42,996 nucleotides of DNA from Candidatus Heimdallarchaeota archaeon (GCA_021399395.1 JAAFKJ010000123.1:1-42996); one strand, 5' to 3'; positions 9,375 through 19,888 are shown, counted from the stretch's first letter. Translations and numbers: made by a program. Notes: a model not told the origin generated them from the letters alone.

Positions 9375-9396
9375 TATTCAACAGGATAAGTTATAG

Positions 9397-10185
9397 ATGA
9401 AAAAAATAGGATTAATCGGACTTGGTTATATCGGTACTACCATCATCGAAGCAGTAACTGATGAAACAATAGAAGATGCCATTATACAAGCTGTTTATGA
9501 CATAGATGAAGAGAGAATGAAAGAAGTTCACGGTGAATTTCCTGAGTTTAGACTTATGGAAGATCAAACCGATTTTCATGACTGTGATGTTGTAATAGAA
9601 TGTGCAATCCAAGAAGTAGTAGCACAAATATTTGATTCAATTGTGCAAGACGAGAAATACTTCATTCCTATGAGTGTTGGTGCCTTTATCACCATTGACT
9701 CTCTCTATTCAAAATATCAAACACTAGATAAAATGAAGAAAAAAAGAATTCTTCTTCCTTCTGGTGCCATAGGTGGGTTTGATTGTATTGAGACCGTTAA
9801 AGCTGAAAGAATACAATCGGCGAAATTGAAAACTAGAAAACCCAAAAGAGTGTTCAGAAATAGTAGTTATATTGAAGAGAATGAAATCAAACTAAGCGAT
9901 GCTACTCCAACAATTATCTTCACGGGGAATGCAAAACAAGCTGCAACACACTTCCCTAAAAGCGTAAATGTGGCTGCACGTTTGGCTCTCTCTACTCTAG
10001 GACCTGAAAATACTCTAGTTGAGATTATAGCTGATCCAACAGTTTCACAGAATATACATACGATTGAGATTGAATCAGATGTTGGAAAGTACACATTCAA
10101 TTTTGAAAACAATCCATCACCAATTAACCCTAAAACAAGTTGGCTTGCCGCATTATCTGCAATTAACACAATAAATCAGATATAA
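9397..10185 (+). CDS. nadX: L-aspartate dehydrogenase
   Basis: GLGYIG, SGAIGGFD, FPKSVNVAA, NPKTSWLAALS. Confidence 0.9.
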   Translation: MKKIGLIGLGYIGTTIIEAVTDETIEDAIIQAVYDIDEERMKEVHGEFPEFRLMEDQTDFHDCDVVIECAIQEVVAQIFDSIVQDEKYFIPMSVGAFITIDSLYSKYQTLDKMKKKRILLPSGAIGGFDCIETVKAERIQSAKLKTRKPKRVFRNSSYIEENEIKLSDATPTIIFTGNAKQAATHFPKSVNVAARLALSTLGPENTLVEIIADPTVSQNIHTIEIESDVGKYTFNFENNPSPINPKTSWLAALSAINTINQI

Positions 10186-10229
10186 ATAAAAATGAAAAAA
10201 TGAAGGGGTTTTGAACTAATATAAGTTAT

Positions 10230-10910
10230 TTATTTCCAGAATTGATACCACTTTTTCTCTTTCTTCTCTTCTTTCTTACTAATAGTGGTCCTTAACTCAA
10301 TTACTCTGTCTTTTATCCCTAATTTGAAAACCATATCTCGGAAACCTTCGGGTTCATTCTCTTCTTCAATAACATATACCATTGGAGCGAACTTTCGTTC
10401 AACTTCAAGCTTACGTGATATTCTGCCAGCTTCATATTTTTCTTTAATTTGGCAATCTTTACCTATCCAAATGTAGATGTCTTTGTTAGCATCTAGTAAG
10501 AAAGCGTCATCAGATTTGAAATATTGATAGCCTACTGGTACATCTATGATATCTATTTCTCCCTGATCGTCTTCTTTCAGCTGAAGTAATCGCATATCTT
10601 TGTGGATTTTCTTTTCAAAATGCTTCAGAAAACCAGGTGTATCCCCTTCTACAACTTCAAAGTCAATGATTTCTTTAAAATTAGCGGGTTCTTCTCCTTC
10701 AATAATTGATTTTATCTTCAAATCCTTCTTCTTCTCTTCTGCAAGTTTAGCTCCCCAAGCACCAACAGCTTTGTCGTCAGCATAAGATCTTGATCCTATC
10801 CAGATCCATAATTCTGTATCTGTTTCTACAACATACACATCACCATTCAGAAATTTGTAAGGATCATCTAGAGTTTCTAATTTCTTTTTTGAAACATGAA
10901 ATACTTCCAT
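10230..10910 (-). CDS. Two-domain gelsolin-family protein (Asgard 2DGel-like)
   Basis: Two gelsolin repeats (GDVYVVE..LWIWIG; SDDAFLLD..IYIWIG..EK..A; EEENEPEGF); start reset to MEVFHV. Confidence 0.88.
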   Translation of the reverse strand: MEVFHVSKKKLETLDDPYKFLNGDVYVVETDTELWIWIGSRSYADDKAVGAWGAKLAEEKKKDLKIKSIIEGEEPANFKEIIDFEVVEGDTPGFLKHFEKKIHKDMRLLQLKEDDQGEIDIIDVPVGYQYFKSDDAFLLDANKDIYIWIGKDCQIKEKYEAGRISRKLEVERKFAPMVYVIEEENEPEGFRDMVFKLGIKDRVIELRTTISKKEEKKEKKWYQFWK

Positions 10911-10979
10911 AGCAGAATTAGGGCTTAGGAATAATATAATGGTTTGCATTAGGCGTAACAAAATTCAAAATAGGAAACA

Positions 10980-11972
10980 TTACACTTCTTTTATCTCCTC
11001 TACCTTCCCACCTATATCTAATCCAGCATTTCTCCCTCTTCCTTCAAAGATTACTCTTTCTTCTTTTCTACCTAGTTCAACTAGTTTAACATCTACTTGA
11101 GCCGTGATGCTTTCCAATATGCGTCCTGTCATGGAACCTTCAACAGGTGATGGAAGGTCTACAGCTTTAGCTTTATGAGCTTCAATCTCTAATCTTCTTT
11201 TTCGATCAGTGAAGTGCATCACTATCTTCTGATCCCCAATACTTAGCTTTGAAATTTTGGCACCAGTATAATTTGTAAAACGATAAATCTCTCCTTTATG
11301 GTAGAAACCTGCAACAAATCCATCAAAGGCACTACCTATCCAAGGTATTTTGGCGAAAGATGCCATTAGAGATGTATCGGTGGTAGCAAAATGATTAGAT
11401 TGTAACCAGAGGTAATAGTGTGGAAAGCTTCTACCATAATCTTTCTCAATGTAACCTCTTCCTCCAGTAAAGTCTATCTTCTTACCATTTATCTCCAATT
11501 CTCCATCTAGAAGATGATCAAAGCCAAGAACACCATGATAGCATTCCATGAAAGGAACGAATCTGTACCAACCCATAATCCCTGGAGAAAAAGCTTTGAC
11601 TGGCCAATTCTTAATGTTTGGATGTTTGATCTTTCCTTTTATCTTGTAGTTGTCTTTGTTGATATCTAACTCAATGAATTCGGAATTGAACTTGTTCTTT
11701 CCAATACTTACATCAAAACTATTCTTAGAAAATTTGAACTCAGAGAAATCATACTCAAAGAAATTCATTTCTGCTTTCTTACCATCGAAAAACTGTATGA
11801 AAGAAGTAGCTTTACCATCATTCTCAAAAGAAACACCAGGAATAATAGCATAGACATTTTCCTCTGTTTTATCTACAATCTTGAAATACCAGCCTTCAAA
11901 ATATGATTTCATTTTAGATTTACCTTGATAATTACTAGGTTTCCAAATATTCCTGAATCTTCTAAACATCAA
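10980..11972 (-). CDS. Tocopherol cyclase family protein
   Basis: YFEGWYFK, GIMGW, MECYHGV, GYIEKDYGRSFP..Y.WLQSNHF. Confidence 0.88.
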   Translation of the reverse strand: MMFRRFRNIWKPSNYQGKSKMKSYFEGWYFKIVDKTEENVYAIIPGVSFENDGKATSFIQFFDGKKAEMNFFEYDFSEFKFSKNSFDVSIGKNKFNSEFIELDINKDNYKIKGKIKHPNIKNWPVKAFSPGIMGWYRFVPFMECYHGVLGFDHLLDGELEINGKKIDFTGGRGYIEKDYGRSFPHYYLWLQSNHFATTDTSLMASFAKIPWIGSAFDGFVAGFYHKGEIYRFTNYTGAKISKLSIGDQKIVMHFTDRKRRLEIEAHKAKAVDLPSPVEGSMTGRILESITAQVDVKLVELGRKEERVIFEGRGRNAGLDIGGKVEEIKEV

Positions 11973-12104
11973 GTTCTCGCCAGATAGATATTAAATTACT
12001 GTTTTATAATGATTATTGATTCACAAGACAAATCTAACAAATTTCTCAAGAGTCGTGATTTTCTGTTTTTGGTGTTTTTATATCCTATTTAGTAAGTAGG
12101 TTGA

Positions 12105-12166
12105 GGGTGTGAACATCTGCTCGTCTTTAGCCGAAGCTACCTTACAACAGATGAACAAAAACACCC
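12105..12166 (-). ncRNA. Candidate structured RNA (long hairpin capped by cUUCGg)
   Basis: Nested pairings GGGTGT/ACACCC, CATCTG/CAGATG and TAGC-TTCG-GCTA on the minus strand. Confidence 0.45.
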
Positions 12167-12186
12167 AATAAATAATGGTGAATAAA

Positions 12187-12309
12187 ATGAAACAAACAAA
12201 ATATCAGAATATGATAAGGCAAGCAGAAAATGAGTGGAAGTATACTTTAGAGAACAAAGCGAAGCAGAAGAATATTTACTTCTTCAACGGGCAGTTAATT
12301 CTCTGCTAA
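12187..12309 (+). CDS. Possible 40 aa small protein
   Basis: MKQTKYQNMIRQAENEWKYTLENKAKQKNIYFFNGQLILC, preceded by a GGTGA SD-like motif; alternative ATG 12175. Confidence 0.35.
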   Translation: MKQTKYQNMIRQAENEWKYTLENKAKQKNIYFFNGQLILC

Positions 12310-12348
12310 ACTTTAAATTAACATAGGTTCTTCTTCCTATGAGCAACA

Positions 12349-14424
12349 TTGAACAATGAAACATCACAACAACCTGTTCGGATCGGTATTGATACCGGAG
12401 GAACGTTTACAGACTACGTTATTGTTTCGGAGGGGTATATTCGAGCTTGGAAGACTTCAACAACTCCAGAAGACCCAAGCGCCGGTATAATCTTTGGATT
12501 TAACGAAATAATGGATAAGTTTCACTTTCAAAAAAATGATGTAGAAATCATTGTTCACGGAACAACTATAGGTACAAACGCATTTTTGGAGGATAAATGT
12601 CCTCCCATTGCCTTTCTAACAACGAAAGGATTCAAAGATATTATAGAAATCGGAAGGCAACAAAGATCTGACTTATACAATCTAAAGTTTGAACAGAAGT
12701 ATCCTGTAAACTTCAACAAGGATTTTCTGTACGAAATTGAAGAACGCATGGATAATGAAGGCAAGATTCTAACACCTCTTGATTTGAATTCGTTAAACGA
12801 CTTCATTTCCAATCTGAAATCTAAGTCAATTGAAACAACAGCTGTTTCCTTATTATTCTCTTTTCTTAATCCATCACATGAGAATGAAATCAGTCAGTTT
12901 CTGAGCGAGAAGGGATTTAATGTTTTTACTTCCTTTGAAATAAGTCCTCAGATAAAAGAGTATGAACGTTCAGTTACTACTATTGTAAATGCTAAAGTTA
13001 GTCCTGTAGTTAATTCATATCTATCAAGATTACAAAATAAATTGGTAAGAAATCACATCCATGCTCCTTTGTTAATCATGCAATCGAATACTGGGATGAG
13101 TGATGTTTCAACAATTGGTAAATCGGGAATACAAACCCTCTACTCAGGTCTAGCAGGAGGAGTACTGGCCGCTGCAGAGAGTCTAAAACATCTGAATCGT
13201 ACTCATTTGGTGTCTTTAGATATTGGAGGAACATCGACAGATGTTTCAACTCTAATTGACGGACCTATTGTATTAAGAGAAAGAAATTTTGGTGGTTTTC
13301 CTTTGGTTGCTAGCATGGTTGATGTTGAAACCATAGGAAGTGGAGGAGGTTCCATCGCTAAATTCAAAGATGGATTGTTGACAGTGGGACCTGAATCTCA
13401 GGGGGCAAATCCTGGTCCAGCATGTTACTCTCTTGGAGGGAAACTGGTTACATTGACTGATGCTAATCTTTACTTAGGCTACGTTAATGAAAACAATTTT
13501 GCTGGAAATCTGAATATAGATAAAGAAAAATCTATACAGTATTTGAATGATCTTTATACAGAAATAAATTCCTCTCCGTTCTCTCTAGATATAGAATCTA
13601 TAGATGAGTTAGCAATTTCAATCAGAAAGATACTGAACAATAACATAGCAAATGCAATTAGAGTAGTAACAATCCAAAGAGGATTGGACCCAAGAGATTT
13701 TGCACTATTGGGTTTTGGAGGGGCAGGTCCTTTGCAATCGTGGGAAATTGCTCAAGAATTAGAGATGGGTGGTGTAGTAATCCCTCCTTTCCCTGGAGTT
13801 TGGTCTGCATTCGGTCTTATCTCTTCAGATATTAAACATGAGAAAACTCAATCGTATCTTCAAACAACAGATAATCTGGATCTGGAAGAAATTAATAACA
13901 AAATGCAAGAAATTCAACAAAATCTTGGTGAGATACTAAATAGCGAAGAAGTTGCGGAAGAGAAACACCGATTCAACTATTCGCTAGATATTCGCTATGT
14001 TGGACAATCTGATTTTCTTACATTAGACATTGCGTTTCCTTTAACTGAAAGTCAATTAGCTGAGACTATCAGTCGTTTTCAAATTTTACACAATCAGACT
14101 TATTCCTGGTTTGATAAAGAACTTCAAGTTGAAGTTGTTAATACGTCAGTTATTGGGATTGGTCTTGTTCCAAGAATTGAGTTACCTAAACTGACTGTAG
14201 GGAATGAGCAACCACCACAAGAGGCATACAAAAAGAGCAGAAAGGTGAATTTTGAAGGAAATTGGATAGATACTCCTGTATTTGAAAAATCACAACTTCT
14301 TGCAAATAACATTCTAGACGGACCGTGTATAATAGATCAGCTAGACACAACTACGGTAATCCCTCCTGGAGTTAAGGGAATTGTGGATAAACTAGGATAT
14401 ATTGCACTGGAGGAGATGAAATGA
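12349..14424 (+). CDS. hyuA: Hydantoinase A / 5-oxoprolinase ATP-binding subunit
   Basis: IGIDTGGTFTD, HGTTIGTNA, DIGGTSTD, GPESQGANPGPACY. Confidence 0.92.
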   Translation: MNNETSQQPVRIGIDTGGTFTDYVIVSEGYIRAWKTSTTPEDPSAGIIFGFNEIMDKFHFQKNDVEIIVHGTTIGTNAFLEDKCPPIAFLTTKGFKDIIEIGRQQRSDLYNLKFEQKYPVNFNKDFLYEIEERMDNEGKILTPLDLNSLNDFISNLKSKSIETTAVSLLFSFLNPSHENEISQFLSEKGFNVFTSFEISPQIKEYERSVTTIVNAKVSPVVNSYLSRLQNKLVRNHIHAPLLIMQSNTGMSDVSTIGKSGIQTLYSGLAGGVLAAAESLKHLNRTHLVSLDIGGTSTDVSTLIDGPIVLRERNFGGFPLVASMVDVETIGSGGGSIAKFKDGLLTVGPESQGANPGPACYSLGGKLVTLTDANLYLGYVNENNFAGNLNIDKEKSIQYLNDLYTEINSSPFSLDIESIDELAISIRKILNNNIANAIRVVTIQRGLDPRDFALLGFGGAGPLQSWEIAQELEMGGVVIPPFPGVWSAFGLISSDIKHEKTQSYLQTTDNLDLEEINNKMQEIQQNLGEILNSEEVAEEKHRFNYSLDIRYVGQSDFLTLDIAFPLTESQLAETISRFQILHNQTYSWFDKELQVEVVNTSVIGIGLVPRIELPKLTVGNEQPPQEAYKKSRKVNFEGNWIDTPVFEKSQLLANNILDGPCIIDQLDTTTVIPPGVKGIVDKLGYIALEEMK

Positions 14425-16004
14425 GTTCGAAGTTTAGTTTAATAGAAGCACAGGTAATTAACCAAGCACTAACCAATGTTGCTTTAGAAACAGGTATTGT
14501 CCTTCAACGTTCAGCTTTTTCCCCCAATATACGCGATCGATTAGATTTCTCTAGTGCTATCATGGACAAAGATGGTCGTTTGATTGCTCAAGCAGAACAC
14601 ATCCCTGTTCATCTAGGAGCAATGCCAGAAGGTGTGCAAGCACTTATCAAACACTTTGGTAAGGAAAACATACTTGATGGGGATATATACATCGCAAATA
14701 ATCCTTACTTGGGCGGAACGCATTTACCTGATATAGCAGTTGTAAAACCTATCTTCTTTGATAACTCTCTTGTTGGATATATCGCCAATAGATGTCATCA
14801 TGCTGATGTTGGGGGTGTTGTCCCCGGGTCTATGCCTAGTGGTAAGTATACTTTGGAAGAGGAAGGATACATTATTAACCCAACTGTTTTAGAACGAAAC
14901 GGGGTTTTAAATCAAGAATGGTTCAATGAGTTTCTATCTAACATACGCGTACCAGATGAAAGAAAAGGAGATATTCAAGCACAACTCGCATCTACTAAGA
15001 TCGGGGAAAAGAAGTTTCACTCTCTTCTAAAGAAATATTCTCTAGACAGAGTTCAGCAGATAATTGATTTTCTTAATGAAAGATCTAAAAATGCTTCTTT
15101 GGAACTTATTAGGACAATACCAGAAAATAAGAGGGTTAGCTTTACTGATTACATGGATAATGACGGAGTAAAGGATGCACCCATCGGTATAACAGCTGAG
15201 GTTGAAAGGAAAGGTGATAAACTCATTATTGATTATAGTAAAACAGAATCTCAAGTTGAAGGGAATATTAATGCTACCTATGCTGTTACGCTCTCTGCAA
15301 CCTACTATATTATACGTTGTTTAGTTTCTAGGGAATATGCAACCAATAGTGGATTATATGAACCATTGGAGATAATAACGAAAAAAGGAACATTGATTGA
15401 TCCTCTTCCACCAGCTGGAGTGGCTGCTGGAAATGTTGAAACAAGTCAACGTATAACTGATGTGATGATAGGCGTTTTCTCACAGTTATTCCCAGAAATA
15501 GTTCCAGCTGCTAGCAGCGGTACAATGAACAATACTATTATTGGTGGAGTAGGTCCCAACGGTGTTCAATTTACTTATTATGAAACAATAGCCGGAGGAA
15601 TAGGTGCAGGAAAAGACTATGCTCCTCCAAATGCGAAACACAGTCACATGACAAACACAAGGAATACTTCTGTAGAAGTTCTAGAGAAATACTATCCTCT
15701 ACGAATTCATGAATATTCAATCCTCCCCAATACAGGTGGTGAAGGGATGTGGTCAGGAAGCAACGGTGTTCGCAGAACTATTGAGTTGGTAGCAGATGAA
15801 GCTATTCTATCCATTCAAAGTGAAAGAAGAAAATATTCACCCTTTGGTTTGTTTGGTGGTAAGGTTGGAGCTAAAGGTAAGAACCTCTTAAAGACTCCAG
15901 ATGAGACTATAGTTCTTCCATCAAAAGTTACTAAGAAAATAAAGAAGGGAGACATCGTTATTATAGAGACACCTGGTGGTGGAGGATACGGAAAAGAGCA
16001 ATAA
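14421..16004 (+). CDS. hyuB: Hydantoinase B / 5-oxoprolinase subunit
   Basis: HIPVHLG, GGTHLPD, HHADVGG, HMTNT, TPGGGGYG; 4-nt overlap with hyuA. Confidence 0.92.
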   Translation: MSSKFSLIEAQVINQALTNVALETGIVLQRSAFSPNIRDRLDFSSAIMDKDGRLIAQAEHIPVHLGAMPEGVQALIKHFGKENILDGDIYIANNPYLGGTHLPDIAVVKPIFFDNSLVGYIANRCHHADVGGVVPGSMPSGKYTLEEEGYIINPTVLERNGVLNQEWFNEFLSNIRVPDERKGDIQAQLASTKIGEKKFHSLLKKYSLDRVQQIIDFLNERSKNASLELIRTIPENKRVSFTDYMDNDGVKDAPIGITAEVERKGDKLIIDYSKTESQVEGNINATYAVTLSATYYIIRCLVSREYATNSGLYEPLEIITKKGTLIDPLPPAGVAAGNVETSQRITDVMIGVFSQLFPEIVPAASSGTMNNTIIGGVGPNGVQFTYYETIAGGIGAGKDYAPPNAKHSHMTNTRNTSVEVLEKYYPLRIHEYSILPNTGGEGMWSGSNGVRRTIELVADEAILSIQSERRKYSPFGLFGGKVGAKGKNLLKTPDETIVLPSKVTKKIKKGDIVIIETPGGGGYGKEQ

Positions 16005-16160
16005 ATTGTGTTAGTTCTGTATTATTTTGGTATTATTGATTTTCTTGTACTTTATTTTCAAGCTCTCTAAAGTTCCAAGAAGGCATTTTTGCTTTTAGAG
16101 TATTTTTGTCGTATATTCTCTTCACAAAACATTTAGATAGGTCTAAACTAAACTTAGTTC

Positions 16161-16952
16161 ATGGTAGAAGATGAACCTCTTTTAATTGTGGAAACAGTAG
16201 GAGAGAAAAGCAATATTTTACTTATTACTCTGAACCGTCAAAAGAAGTTGAATGCATTAAACAAAGATATGCTTGATTTGCTAAATAAAACATTCAAGTC
16301 GTTACAAGATAATCCCAACATAAGAGCTGTTATTATTTATTCAGAAGGTAAAAGTTGGAGTGCTGGAGTTGACTTAAAGTGGGCTTCAAGCTTAGGATGG
16401 AAATTCATTCTGGCAATTAAGAAAGGACAAAAAGTATTTGCTAGAATAGAAAAACAACCAATTCCCGTTATTGCAGCTATCAATGGATATGCAATGGGTG
16501 GAGGAATGGAGTTAGCACTTTCTTGTGATATTCGTATTGCAGCTGATACAGCTACCTTTGCACAGTCTGAAACATCTATAGGTTTACCTCCAGGTTGGGG
16601 TGGAACATATCGCTTACCAAAAGTCGTTGGCTTGAGTACAGCTAAAGACTTGATCTATACAGGGAGAAGATTTTCTGCTGAAGAAGCTCTTGAAATGAAG
16701 TTTGTAAGTAAAGTAGTACCTCTAGAAGATCTAAGGAACCAAGCAATAGAGATTGCTGAATCTATTGCTAGAAATGCACCAATAGCTGTTAAGGTATCTA
16801 AGAAAGCCGTCAATAAAGGCATTTCAACCTCTGTTAAAGGAGGATATAGGGCAGAAAAGAGAGGGGTTTGGCGTTGCTTCAGAACTAAAGACATAAGAGA
16901 AGGAATAACAGCTGTTTTCGAGAAGAGAAAACCTGAGTTCAAAGGCAAGTAG
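16161..16952 (+). CDS. Enoyl-CoA hydratase/isomerase
   Basis: SAGVDL, AAINGYAMGGGMELAL, PGWGGT, EKRKPEFKG. Confidence 0.93.
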   Translation: MVEDEPLLIVETVGEKSNILLITLNRQKKLNALNKDMLDLLNKTFKSLQDNPNIRAVIIYSEGKSWSAGVDLKWASSLGWKFILAIKKGQKVFARIEKQPIPVIAAINGYAMGGGMELALSCDIRIAADTATFAQSETSIGLPPGWGGTYRLPKVVGLSTAKDLIYTGRRFSAEEALEMKFVSKVVPLEDLRNQAIEIAESIARNAPIAVKVSKKAVNKGISTSVKGGYRAEKRGVWRCFRTKDIREGITAVFEKRKPEFKGK

Positions 16953-16979
16953 TTTCTCGTAGAGTTGAAGTGATTCTAT

Positions 16980-17723
16980 ATGAATCAGGCTGAAGTAACA
17001 CACGCAGAGGAAGAATATTTAGAAACATTTTTTTGGTTTTTTGAGTATGGGAATAAACACGTTAAAACTAATCAAATAGCTGAGATGATGAATGTTGATC
17101 CTGGTACAGTTACTTCTATGTTCAAGAAACTATCAAAGAAGGGTTACATAAACTACAAACCATATTATGGTGCTGAGCTAACTCCAAAGGGAGAGGATAT
17201 TGCTAGAAAAGTTGTTAGAATGCATAGATTATCCGAAAGTTTCCTTGAATGGTTAGGTCTTCCTTGGGCTATGATTCATGAGGAAGCTTGTAAATGGGAG
17301 CATGTTTTGACAGAAGAGATAGCAGAAATGATCGAGAAAAAACTAAAACCTGAGCGAACTCCTTATGGGGCAATGATTCCACCAAAGGTAGGTATTAGCC
17401 ATATTCCAACAGAGAATAAACCATTAGCTCGATTTAGTCCTAATAATAAAATAGTAATTGTAGAAATAATAGAAAGAGCGATTGCTAGACACTTTCCCCA
17501 TGAAGCCACTCTTCAAGAAGTATACATTGAGTTAGAAGAAAAAGGATTGAAACCTGAAACAGAGTGGATGATCATCTCAACAAAAGTTAGGGAAGATGCT
17601 ACAGTTGAGGATTGGGCACTTTCTTATGACCTAGATATGACTTTGGAAAACAAAGATAGAAGAAAAATAAAGGTCCCATATTATTTGGTGAATATGATTT
17701 TAGCCAAAAAAATTTCTTCTTAA
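16980..17723 (+). CDS. DtxR/MntR family metal-dependent regulator
   Basis: EEEYLE, HTH, HRLSESFL, EACKWEH, FeoA-like C-terminal region. Confidence 0.92.
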   Translation: MNQAEVTHAEEEYLETFFWFFEYGNKHVKTNQIAEMMNVDPGTVTSMFKKLSKKGYINYKPYYGAELTPKGEDIARKVVRMHRLSESFLEWLGLPWAMIHEEACKWEHVLTEEIAEMIEKKLKPERTPYGAMIPPKVGISHIPTENKPLARFSPNNKIVIVEIIERAIARHFPHEATLQEVYIELEEKGLKPETEWMIISTKVREDATVEDWALSYDLDMTLENKDRRKIKVPYYLVNMILAKKISS

Positions 17724-17749
17724 TAATGCTGTTTCTTTACTCTGATAGT

Positions 17750-18232
17750 TCATTCAACCTGATCTTCTTCAAATTCTTTCTTTAATTTTTCATCTAGTTC
17801 TTCTTTTTCTTTTTTCTTTTTCCTTCTTCGATTTACGAGTATGTCGGCAACAATTAACGCTATTACAACTACTGGTATTGCAATTGCTTGAGTTATCCAA
17901 CAATTAGTGCTGTACTGTTGCTCTAGAATAAAGAAACCTGAAAATATAATCAGATAAGTTGTGAGAGCAAAGACTATGATTAATATGATTCTAACTAGAG
18001 TTGAAATAACAATCTCTGCATTCCTGTCCCTTTTTTTCTTTCTAATAAAAGCCATAGCCATCCCAGCGGAAATAAGAAAGCCAAATCCAACAGCTGTTAA
18101 ACTAGCTGCAAGTAAAAATGTCATCATATCAAACAAAGATACAATGAAAAACACTACTCCTCCTATCATCAGACCAAGAGCAGTATACATGTAAACCTGG
18201 TAATCTTCGGGAACACCAATAAATAGTGTCAT
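17750..18232 (-). CDS. 4-TM membrane protein, unknown function
   Basis: Four hydrophobic helices and a charged tail. Confidence 0.78.
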   Translation of the reverse strand: MTLFIGVPEDYQVYMYTALGLMIGGVVFFIVSLFDMMTFLLAASLTAVGFGFLISAGMAMAFIRKKKRDRNAEIVISTLVRIILIIVFALTTYLIIFSGFFILEQQYSTNCWITQAIAIPVVVIALIVADILVNRRRKKKKEKEELDEKLKKEFEEDQVE

Positions 18233-18331
18233 CAGTTAGTTTTAGTTAATATGTTCTATAAATCCTTTTAGATGATTTTTGAAGGAAGAAAAGAATTTAG
18301 GGAATTAAAGAAGTATGGAAAAGAGTCGTTC

Positions 18332-19765
18332 TTATTCTGTAAGTTTCCAGAGAATTCTTTTTGGAGTATCTTCTAGAGCAATTCCTGCTTCTTTTAGATC
18401 ATCTCTTATTTTATCACTCATTTCCCAATTCTTCTCTTTTCGATATTCTCCACGAATTTCGATTAGGAGTTTGATTAGTTTTTCCACTTTATCCAAGGAT
18501 AAGTAACTGTTGAAATCTTCATACAAACCAAGAATTGATCTGAATTCATCAAAGAGTTTGTCAGCTTCTTTTATAGCTGAGGAATTGATGTTTTCTGCTT
18601 TTCTTAGATAATCATTGACATCATTAGAAAATTTGAAAACCACTGCAAACCCATTTGAAGTGTTAAAATCTTCATCCATTGCCTCAATGAAGTCATTGCG
18701 AGCCTTCTCAGTTTTTTCAATTAACTTCTTATCTAACTCTGAAAGTTTAGATTCATCTTTTTCCATAATTTCATCTGCATAGTTTTTAGTAAGTAAAATC
18801 ACGTCAAATAATCTATCAGATGTAACTTGAGCTTGATCTATGACATCATCAGTAAACATAATTGGACTACGATAGTGGGTTTGAAGAATAAACAATCGAA
18901 CTGCATCAGCTGAATAGTGTTCTAGTAATTCAACAATATTAACGAAGTTTCCTAGAGATTTGCTCATCTTTTCTTTATCAATATTGATAAAGCCATTGTG
19001 GAGCCAGTAATTAACGAAAGGTTTTCCTCTAAGTGCTTCAGCTTGAGCTATTTCATTTTCATGATGAGGGAAGATGAGATCTTGACCGCCGCTGTGGATG
19101 TCAATGAGTTCTCCTAAATACAAACCTGACATCAAAACACATTCACTGTGCCAGCCGATACGTCCTTTTCCCCAAGGTGAAGGCCAATATGGCTCTCCTG
19201 GCTTCATCGCTTTCCATAATGCGAAGTCAGCTGGGAATTTTTTATTGGGATTCTTTGCATCTTCTGTACCTTCTTGAAGAATATTTTCTATTTTCTGATT
19301 TGATAGTTTTCCATATTCTTTGAACTTTCTAACATCAAAGTAAACATCACCATTGCTCTCGTATGCATATCCTTTTTCTTCTAATTCTTGTACAAATTCT
19401 ATCATTGGGTTCATATGGAGCATAGCTCTTGGATGTACAGTAGCGGGTTTTAGGTTTAAACTAGCCATATCTCTTCGGAAATAGCTTAGATACTCCTCTG
19501 CAACTTCAAGTACACTTCGTTTCTCTTGATTTGCTACTTCTATCATTCTATCTTCAATATCTGTAAAATTCATGATGTAATTCACTTTATATCCTCTATA
19601 TTCGAGATATCTGCGGATAGTATCAAATGCGATAGCAGATCTAGCGTGCCCTAGATGCATTAACCCATTAACCGTTGGACCACAGTTGTACCACTTAACA
19701 ACGTTAGGTTCAATAGTCTTGAACTCTTCAAGTTGACGGGTAAGAGTACTATAGATTTTAATCAT
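18332..19765 (-). CDS. cysS: Cysteinyl-tRNA synthetase
   Basis: CGPTV, HLGH, GWHSEC, FPHHENE, KMSKS. Confidence 0.97.
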   Translation of the reverse strand: MIKIYSTLTRQLEEFKTIEPNVVKWYNCGPTVNGLMHLGHARSAIAFDTIRRYLEYRGYKVNYIMNFTDIEDRMIEVANQEKRSVLEVAEEYLSYFRRDMASLNLKPATVHPRAMLHMNPMIEFVQELEEKGYAYESNGDVYFDVRKFKEYGKLSNQKIENILQEGTEDAKNPNKKFPADFALWKAMKPGEPYWPSPWGKGRIGWHSECVLMSGLYLGELIDIHSGGQDLIFPHHENEIAQAEALRGKPFVNYWLHNGFINIDKEKMSKSLGNFVNIVELLEHYSADAVRLFILQTHYRSPIMFTDDVIDQAQVTSDRLFDVILLTKNYADEIMEKDESKLSELDKKLIEKTEKARNDFIEAMDEDFNTSNGFAVVFKFSNDVNDYLRKAENINSSAIKEADKLFDEFRSILGLYEDFNSYLSLDKVEKLIKLLIEIRGEYRKEKNWEMSDKIRDDLKEAGIALEDTPKRILWKLTE

Positions 19766-19888
19766 AAGACTAGTTCAAAATCTGCTTAAAAAAGCGTTTC
19801 GCTCAGACAGAAGTTAAAATAATTTAGCTTCAGAGGTTTTTCTCTCTAAAAAAATAAATAGAACCATTGAATCTTTCAGTAGAAGGAA

